Origin: Theionarchaea archaeon
Lineage (GTDB): Archaea; Methanobacteriota_B; Thermococci; Methanofastidiosales; SZ-28-30
NCBI GenBank assembly: GCA_018992685.1
Contig: JACVGT010000033.1
Coordinates: 1-13,889 of the forward strand
Length of the DNA stretch: 13,889 nt
Direction of reading: 5' to 3'
The position numbers and the translations under genes were made by a program. This document shows, piece after piece, positions 7,793 to 13,889 of the stretch (positions are counted from its first letter, which is position 1; each line of letters begins with the position of its first letter). The notes under the pieces are model-generated. The model searched no databases and had not been told where the DNA came from. It worked only from the letters and a program-made list of their open reading frames with translations.

Positions 7793-9304
7793 ATGTTTTC
7801 CAAGGATTTACTTGTCACCAGAAAGCGGAAACCGTATATAACTCCCGTGTATCTTCATCCTGACGAGTTACTGCTGGCAACCAGGATAATCTCCCTCTAC
7901 AGAGAAGGAAAGACCAAAGGAGAAATTGATGAGGAGACATCCTCTCTGGAAACCCACAGCAACTTCCGGGTGGTGAGAGGGCTGTCGGAGCTCATGCGGA
8001 GGCGAACCACCTTTAGCTCATTGTATGCGGCAGATCCCAGGGCAGTACGCACCTTCTTGTATGAGAGAGGGATCACAACCAACAGAAAGGAACGATCTCT
8101 CGCACTGGAAGAAGCTGCCCTCAAGTTCTCGGTCTCGATGGAGGACATAGAAAGCAGTTTCTGGGCAGATCGGGAGGAATTTCATAGGGTATCAGCTGTT
8201 GAGGACATTCCTGCTGGTGACCTGATTACGTCTTACAACCTTTCCCTGACCCAAACTCTCCTATTTGATGCCATATCTCTGCAGTTTTCATCCTCGGGGA
8301 ACTATCAGAACATCTTCAGGATGATCAAGTACCTGGGGTTAATGTACGAGGTGGATTCAGAACAGGACCCCTTTGTTGTCACGGTAACTGGTCCTGCCTC
8401 TCTGTTCAGGAAAACTAAGAAATATGGAACTGCTCTGGCTAAATTGCTCCCTCATATTATGAGAGCACCTTCATGGAAGATCAGAGCCCAGATAGAGACC
8501 ACTGTAGCAGGAGAACCCCGGATTTACATATTTGAGCTTTCAGATAGCAAGCAGAAGTTGTTTCCTGATACTCTGGAACTGGTTGAACACTTTGATAGCG
8601 CTGTGGAAGAAGACTTCTTGAAACGGTTTTCTTCTTTGAGGAAAGACTGGGACATCAAGAGGGAGCCCACCATCCTGCAAACGGGGGCTACGGTGATGAT
8701 TCCTGACTTCAGTGTGGAAAGGAGGGGAAAGAAGTGTTATGTAGAGATCGTGGGCTTCTGGACACCAGAATACCTGGAAAAGAAGACTGAGAAGGTGAAA
8801 GCACTAGAGGAGGAGATTATTCTCTGTGTTAGTAAGGAACTGCAGTGCGCAAAGAAGGATTTTCAGAAGGAAAATGTCAATGTAGTCTTCTATGATAAAC
8901 AGGTCCCCATGAAACCGATTTTGGACAAGATCAGATGCATTGAAGAGGAACAGATGAGAGAAGAGGGGGAAAGGGTTTCAGAAGGAAAGATTGAATTAAC
9001 TGGTGAGATTGTTTCTCTGGAGGACATTGCCCGCTCTCAGAACGTGGGAATAGAGGCAGTAAAACGTGTCCTGGAAAACAGTGAAGAAGGAGAAGTAGTG
9101 GGAGATATGTTTGTGAAAAAGAGTGTACTGGAGAGCCTCAAAGTGAAAGTGGCAACTCTGGATGATATGCGGCTGCCATCCGTTAGAGAAGTTCTGAAAG
9201 AGTACAACCTGGATGAAAAAGTCTTGAAAGCCTTGGGCTACGATATTGAATGGAAAACCCTCGACATGAATCAGGCTGTGGTGAAAAAGGCTGCATCTTC
9301 ATGA
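7793..9304 (+). CDS. bax1: Bax1 endonuclease (DUF790), partner of XPB
   Basis: Motifs YNLSLTQTLLF, GPASLFRKTKKYG, FDSAVEEDF, REP and the PD-(D/E)xK-like IPDF...EIVGFWTPEYL; 12 bp downstream of xpb with an SD-like GGGTGGGAG. Confidence 0.93.
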   Translation: MFSKDLLVTRKRKPYITPVYLHPDELLLATRIISLYREGKTKGEIDEETSSLETHSNFRVVRGLSELMRRRTTFSSLYAADPRAVRTFLYERGITTNRKERSLALEEAALKFSVSMEDIESSFWADREEFHRVSAVEDIPAGDLITSYNLSLTQTLLFDAISLQFSSSGNYQNIFRMIKYLGLMYEVDSEQDPFVVTVTGPASLFRKTKKYGTALAKLLPHIMRAPSWKIRAQIETTVAGEPRIYIFELSDSKQKLFPDTLELVEHFDSAVEEDFLKRFSSLRKDWDIKREPTILQTGATVMIPDFSVERRGKKCYVEIVGFWTPEYLEKKTEKVKALEEEIILCVSKELQCAKKDFQKENVNVVFYDKQVPMKPILDKIRCIEEEQMREEGERVSEGKIELTGEIVSLEDIARSQNVGIEAVKRVLENSEEGEVVGDMFVKKSVLESLKVKVATLDDMRLPSVREVLKEYNLDEKVLKALGYDIEWKTLDMNQAVVKKAASS

Positions 9305-9385
9305 GGGTTATGCAATGCAGTTCACGGAGCATTCAGTACGTGAGAGAACTTGGCATCCGTGTGGGAGGAGCGATCATGGTACTGT

Positions 9386-9402
9386 GAACAACATTTTATA
9401 TG
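9386..9402 (+). promoter_or_regulatory. Putative BRE/TATA promoter of rtcA
   Basis: GAACAACA-TTTTATATG; TTTTATA at 9394-9400, 28 bp before ATG 9422. Confidence 0.6.
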
Positions 9403-9421
9403 TCAATGAAGTTGTCAATGC

Positions 9422-10456
9422 ATGCTTGAAATTGATGGTAGCCATGGTGAAGGTGGAGGACAGATTCTCAGGACTGCTGTGGCTTTATCTGCTGTCACAG
9501 GAATCCCCTGCAGGATTACTAACATCAGAGCAAACCGTCCCAGTCCTGGATTGAAACCCCAGCACTTGATGGGGATAAAGGCAGCTGCAGAGATATGTAG
9601 CGCTGACACAAAAGGGGTTCACAGTGGATCAACATGGATAGAATTCATTCCTCATGATATTTCAGGTGGTGAGTACACCATCGAGATCGGGACTGCTGGA
9701 TCCATAACGTTGATCCTGCAGGTCTTGACCCCTATCTGTCTCTTTTCAAATGAGCCTGTCAAATTAACTATCACAGGAGGAACAGATGTGAAGTGGAGCC
9801 CTTCTATGGCTTATTTTGAGAAGGTATTCTGCAGTATCCTGGAAAAAATGAATGCTCATGTTCAAGTGAATGTGAATAAGTATGGGTTCTATCCAAAAGG
9901 AGGAGGCAGGGTTACAGCAGTAATTCATCCCTGGAGTCAGAAGAGTGGATTGAATCTCACAGAGAGAGGTCCAGTGAAGACTCTTGAGGTGGTAAGTATT
10001 GCTTCCTCTTTCCTAGAGAATGCCAGAGTAGCAGAACGGCAGTACGAGGCATTCGAAAAGGGAGTTTCCGGTCATGTTGTGGGGAATGCCAGGTATGTAG
10101 ATACACTGAACCCTGGTTCATCACTCTGTGGAGTGGCTTTTTGTGAATATTCTGTACTGGGAGCAGATTCTCTGGGAGAAAGGGGAAAACCTGCAGAGAC
10201 GGTGGGTAGAGAGGTAGCAGGGTTCTTGCAAGAGGAAATTGACTCAAAAGCTGCTCTTGATGTTCACATGGGAGATCAGATTGTTCCATATCTGGCCCTG
10301 GCAGGAGGAAAGGTTACCGTATCTCAGATCAGTAACCACACCAGAACCAGTATCTGGGTCTGCCAGCAGTTTGTAGACACCAGATTTACCATAGAAGAAA
10401 CCAAAGTAACTGCAGTGAGGGAAGGTGGACAAGGTTCGAATTTCTCGGGACACTAG
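9422..10456 (+). CDS. rtcA: RNA 3'-terminal phosphate cyclase
   Basis: Motifs IDGSHGEGGGQILRTA, IRANRPSPGLKPQH, GTAGSITL, GGTDV, GFYPKGGG, D-x-HMGDQ and the adenylated His in SNHTRT. Confidence 0.97.
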   Translation: MLEIDGSHGEGGGQILRTAVALSAVTGIPCRITNIRANRPSPGLKPQHLMGIKAAAEICSADTKGVHSGSTWIEFIPHDISGGEYTIEIGTAGSITLILQVLTPICLFSNEPVKLTITGGTDVKWSPSMAYFEKVFCSILEKMNAHVQVNVNKYGFYPKGGGRVTAVIHPWSQKSGLNLTERGPVKTLEVVSIASSFLENARVAERQYEAFEKGVSGHVVGNARYVDTLNPGSSLCGVAFCEYSVLGADSLGERGKPAETVGREVAGFLQEEIDSKAALDVHMGDQIVPYLALAGGKVTVSQISNHTRTSIWVCQQFVDTRFTIEETKVTAVREGGQGSNFSGH

Positions 10457-10469
10457 CCTTTTTCTTTCC
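10457..10469 (+). terminator. Oligo-T archaeal terminator candidate after rtcA
   Basis: CCTTTTTCTTTCC immediately after the TAG stop. Confidence 0.5.
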
Positions 10470-10595
10470 ATCTAGTTACCCTGAGAGCGTGGCGAAGCGC
10501 ATTAATGGAAAGGTACTTAAGGAGGTTCTACGTTAGTAACAACTACTACCATATATAGTATGTATGAGGTAGCAGAACAGTGAGGAGATGCAGCC

Positions 10596-12500
10596 ATGAA
10601 AACCGTTCCAACCCATGGTAATAGAAAAAGATTGGTCTCCAGAACCCTTGTTCATAAGATTGCCGCATGCATTTCAATATTCATGTTAACGGGATGTATT
10701 GGGCAGGGTACGAACCCAGCTCCTGAACAGGTGTCTTCCGTGGCTGACATTGTAGCTCAATTGGAAGGGCTGCCTATCGATGAGTTCTTTGAGGAATCCT
10801 TCCGGTACCTGCAGCTGAGAGATCCTGATACACTCATCTACAACGGACTCGCCGACGAGTATGGTGTTGAGGGGTATGACCAATTCACCACTTTATCAGA
10901 CTCCTACATCCGCGAGACCCAGCAGCTGGAGTCGGGTATTTTGGGCCTGCTGCGGGGTTACGACCGCAGCTCTCTATCTTCTGAACAGAAACTATCCTAC
11001 GACATTTATGAATGGTATCTCGACGACCTGGTGCGCGGACACGAGTTTATGTACTGCGGGTATCCCATCAATTCTATGGGCCTGTGGGATACACAGTACT
11101 GGCTCGTTTATTCTCTGTTCGACTCTCTACCCATGAACAGTTTGCAGGACGCCAGAACCTATGTCACACGGTTGTCTCAAATAGACACCTGGATGGAACA
11201 GCTGCTGGAACAGTTGACTTTGCGAGAGCAAGCGGGAGTTATTCCGCCGAAGTTCTTGGTGCAGAGGTCTATTAGTCTCGTTGATATCTGTATTCAAGAA
11301 CGGGAAGATGGCGCATTTGATGCGGAGGCTACCTACCTGTACACTTCTTTTCGCGAGAAGCTTGAAAAAATTAATATCACTGACGAGCAGGAATACGCAC
11401 TGCTCTATACTGCTTTGGCTGAAATCGAGCAGGTTTTCATCCCGGCTTTCATTGAGTTGAGGGACTATCTTATTTATCTGGAAAGTATTGCAAGTGATGC
11501 ACCTGGCGTGGGCACGTTACCAGGAGGCGAGGCGTACTACACCTACATTTTGCGTTACTGGACTGGCACAGATTACAGCCCAGATCAAATCCATGAACTG
11601 GGGCTGGTCGAGGTGACGCGCGTTCAGGAAGAGATGCGCGCAGTTGCCGTCGAAATGGGCTACCCAGAAGATGTGAGTATGGCTGAACTGGATCAACTCT
11701 TTTCTACAGACACTGATTATCTTCACGGGGAAGCCTTGAAGACGGAATATGAGAGGCTCATCGCAGAAGCTGATGAAGCCATGGAAGACTATTTTGACTT
11801 GCGCCCGAAAGCGAAGGTGATCGTTACCTACGATCCCGAGGCCCCGCCTGCCTACTACCAGGAACCACCTAGAGATGGCTCAGGCCCTGGCCAGATGGTT
11901 GCTAACCTGGCCAACTCGGCACAATTCATTTTCTACAACCCCACTGTTTTGGTCCATCATGAAACCATCCCGGGGCATCATGTACAGATTGCCCTCGCCT
12001 CGGAATTGGACCTGCCCACCAGCTTCAGAAGAGACATCATTTATAATTTTTACAGGCAGCAGGTGCCCTTTGAGGCATATACTGAGGGCTGGGCTTTATA
12101 TGCTGAAGGGCTGGCCTCGGAAATGGGACTCTACAGGAATGACTCCCTGGGTAACCTGGGGCGGCTGAGGCTCCGTCTCCATCGTACTGCCCGCCTGGTA
12201 GTTGACACGGGTATCCACGCCAAAGGATGGACTGTCAGCCAAGCTATTGACTACCTTGAGGAGGCAACAGGTTCACAGTACAGCCAAAGCCGACTAGCGC
12301 AGATCATTGCTATACCTGGACAGGCCTGCGGGTACAATATTGGCATGCTCAAAATCCTGGAGTTGCGCCAGCGAGCAATGGATCAACTTGGTGACAAGTT
12401 TGACATTAAGGAATTCCACAACATGATCTTAGGCCATGGTCCAATGCCTATGCAGATCTTGGAGCAGGTTGCAAATGACTGGATCGAAGCGAATAAGTGA
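10596..12500 (+). CDS. DUF885 family lipoprotein (putative zinc metallopeptidase fold)
   Basis: Lipobox-like FMLTGC; motifs LPGGEAYY, IHELGLVEV, HETIPGHHVQ, AYTEGWALYAE, RLVVDTGIH, PGQACGY-x-IG and FDIKEFH; SD GAGGAG at 10582-10587. Confidence 0.93.
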   Translation: MKTVPTHGNRKRLVSRTLVHKIAACISIFMLTGCIGQGTNPAPEQVSSVADIVAQLEGLPIDEFFEESFRYLQLRDPDTLIYNGLADEYGVEGYDQFTTLSDSYIRETQQLESGILGLLRGYDRSSLSSEQKLSYDIYEWYLDDLVRGHEFMYCGYPINSMGLWDTQYWLVYSLFDSLPMNSLQDARTYVTRLSQIDTWMEQLLEQLTLREQAGVIPPKFLVQRSISLVDICIQEREDGAFDAEATYLYTSFREKLEKINITDEQEYALLYTALAEIEQVFIPAFIELRDYLIYLESIASDAPGVGTLPGGEAYYTYILRYWTGTDYSPDQIHELGLVEVTRVQEEMRAVAVEMGYPEDVSMAELDQLFSTDTDYLHGEALKTEYERLIAEADEAMEDYFDLRPKAKVIVTYDPEAPPAYYQEPPRDGSGPGQMVANLANSAQFIFYNPTVLVHHETIPGHHVQIALASELDLPTSFRRDIIYNFYRQQVPFEAYTEGWALYAEGLASEMGLYRNDSLGNLGRLRLRLHRTARLVVDTGIHAKGWTVSQAIDYLEEATGSQYSQSRLAQIIAIPGQACGYNIGMLKILELRQRAMDQLGDKFDIKEFHNMILGHGPMPMQILEQVANDWIEANK

Positions 12501-12605
12501 ACAGGATTCCACAAATAAGATAATGGTGGTCAGCTATTTTGACTCCTTCGACAATCTGAACAAGGATTTTTCTTGATGGAGGTACCTTTGTTACATCAGA
12601 ATGTT

Positions 12606-12621
12606 TCAAAATCTATTTATC
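12606..12621 (+). promoter_or_regulatory. Putative BRE/TATA promoter of the serine hydrolase gene
   Basis: TCAAAATC-TATTTATC; TATTTAT at 12614-12620, 29 bp before ATG 12643. Confidence 0.5.
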
Positions 12622-12642
12622 AACCAAGGTGGATCACCCAGT

Positions 12643-13889
12643 ATGAACCGAGGTATAGTTGTGATACTTCCTCTCATGGTTTCTCTGTGTATTACACAGG
12701 GAAATCCCCCTATTGTAGAGGAATCCGCCGCATCAGGGTATGACTTTACTCTTCTTGATAGGTACCTAGCCCGGAAGGCATCAGAACATCACGGAATGGC
12801 TCTCATACTGGTTCGAGATGGGAACATCATTTATGACAAGGGATTTGCAGGAGTCACCAGCGACACGGTGATGCCCATTGCTTCAGCTTCCAAGTGGTTA
12901 TCTGCAGGTGTTATCATGGCGCTGGTGGATGAGGGGATGCTTTCATTGGATGACAGAGCATCAGACTACCTTCCGAAGTACACAGGTAACCATGGAGAGA
13001 TGACTGTGAGGCAGTTATTTTCTCATACATCGGGCTTACCTGGTCACTATTCCAGCACAGGGATTCCGGGTTCTGATGACATTTTGGGAAACAGGTCCAT
13101 TACGCTGGCGGAAAGCGTTGATATGATTGCTCAGGTCGAATTATTGGCAGATCCTGGCACCCAACTTTACTATGGTGGATTGTCTATGCAGGTGGCCGGG
13201 AGAATTGCTGAAGTGGCCAGCGGTGAAGACTGGTTTGATCTCTTTGAAGAAAAGATTGCATATCCATTAGACATGAATGAAACTGATTTTGATGGACTGG
13301 GACCTACCAGGAACCCCCGGATTGCGGGGAGTATTCAGACCTCAGCGCATCAATACGCCAGATTCCTGCAGATGTTGCTGGCAGAGGGGAGATACAATGG
13401 TCATCAGGTTCTCTCCTCAGATGCAGTACATGAGATGTTAAAGGATCAGACGTTTGGTGTCCCCATTGTGTACAGTCCATGGCAGCAGTACAAACATCCG
13501 CCGCCTGTGGCTCAAGAGGTCCGATATGGGATTGGCTGCTGGCGTGAGGTCATTGATGAAACAGGCGCCATTAAAGAAGCAAGTTCGCAAGGCGCATTTG
13601 GGTTCTCACCGTGGATTGACGTGGATCGAAACCTTGCAGGTGTCTTAGCCGTCAAGAGCCGCCTGACAGGTGTGATGCCTCTATATCTGGAAATGAAAGA
13701 GATAATTCGAGAGATTGTCGATACGGCAGATGCAAAGCAATCATCTGGCCAAGGCAGCAGCCCTGACATTCAGAGGGACTTTAATGAGTTGCATGAGGTT
13801 GACACTGGTCCATCCACAGCAGAAATGATTGAGAATACTGTTGTGTGCGATGAAGCCAGAGAAGAACTCCGGCTGCACACAACCCACTC
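12643..13889 (+). CDS. Beta-lactamase-family (class C / penicillin-binding-protein-like) serine hydrolase, probable lipoprotein; 3'-truncated by the window edge
   Basis: Not in the ORF track because it has no stop in the window. Hand translation: MNRGIVVILPLMVSLCITQ...MPIASASKWLSAG (SxxK at 12883-12894)...LVDEGMLSLDD...TVRQLFSHTSGLP...PGTQLYYGG...YGIGCW...SSQGAFGFSPWID; open for 415 codons to the window end. Confidence 0.93.
   Translation, partial: MNRGIVVILPLMVSLCITQGNPPIVEESAASGYDFTLLDRYLARKASEHHGMALILVRDGNIIYDKGFAGVTSDTVMPIASASKWLSAGVIMALVDEGMLSLDDRASDYLPKYTGNHGEMTVRQLFSHTSGLPGHYSSTGIPGSDDILGNRSITLAESVDMIAQVELLADPGTQLYYGGLSMQVAGRIAEVASGEDWFDLFEEKIAYPLDMNETDFDGLGPTRNPRIAGSIQTSAHQYARFLQMLLAEGRYNGHQVLSSDAVHEMLKDQTFGVPIVYSPWQQYKHPPPVAQEVRYGIGCWREVIDETGAIKEASSQGAFGFSPWIDVDRNLAGVLAVKSRLTGVMPLYLEMKEIIREIVDTADAKQSSGQGSSPDIQRDFNELHEVDTGPSTAEMIENTVVCDEAREELRLHTTH

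Noticed and set aside
12601-12642. Upstream in-frame ATG for the serine hydrolase
   Set aside because: The extension contains the TATA-like box. Starting at 12643 gives a clean lipoprotein signal peptide and the same promoter spacing as the other genes.
7160-13769. Remaining short ORFs overlapping xpb, bax1, rtcA, DUF885 and the serine hydrolase, including 9315-9554
   Set aside because: They overlap confident genes in other frames. 9315-9554 also crosses the rtcA promoter and start.
1-13889. tRNA, rRNA, C/D-box sRNA or SECIS elements
   Set aside because: I saw no cloverleaf, rRNA-like sequence, paired C/D boxes or in-frame TGA readthrough candidates in the short intergenic regions by eye. 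A covariance-model search was not possible.

Overview
Archaeal genomic window (archaeal-type TruD, an XPB-Bax1 pair, and BRE/TATA-like boxes about 28-30 bp upstream of most start codons). All real genes lie on the + strand. In order: the 3' tail and right end of an IS481-like insertion sequence (1-143, absent from the ORF track); a HAD hydrolase-NfeD-truD operon; a 1256-aa membrane protein combining a signal peptide, a WD40-like propeller, a 7-repeat FG-GAP-type Ca-binding propeller, a TPR-like helix pair, three TM helices and a cytoplasmic CHAT (caspase-like) protease with an intact His/Cys dyad; a 264-bp spacer containing hairpins; xpb-bax1; rtcA; a DUF885 lipoprotein; and a beta-lactamase-family serine hydrolase lipoprotein that runs off the right edge (also absent from the ORF track). 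The most interesting object is the receptor-like transmembrane CHAT protease. The gene style is reminiscent of sediment Euryarchaeota such as Theionarchaea, but that is an unverified inference.
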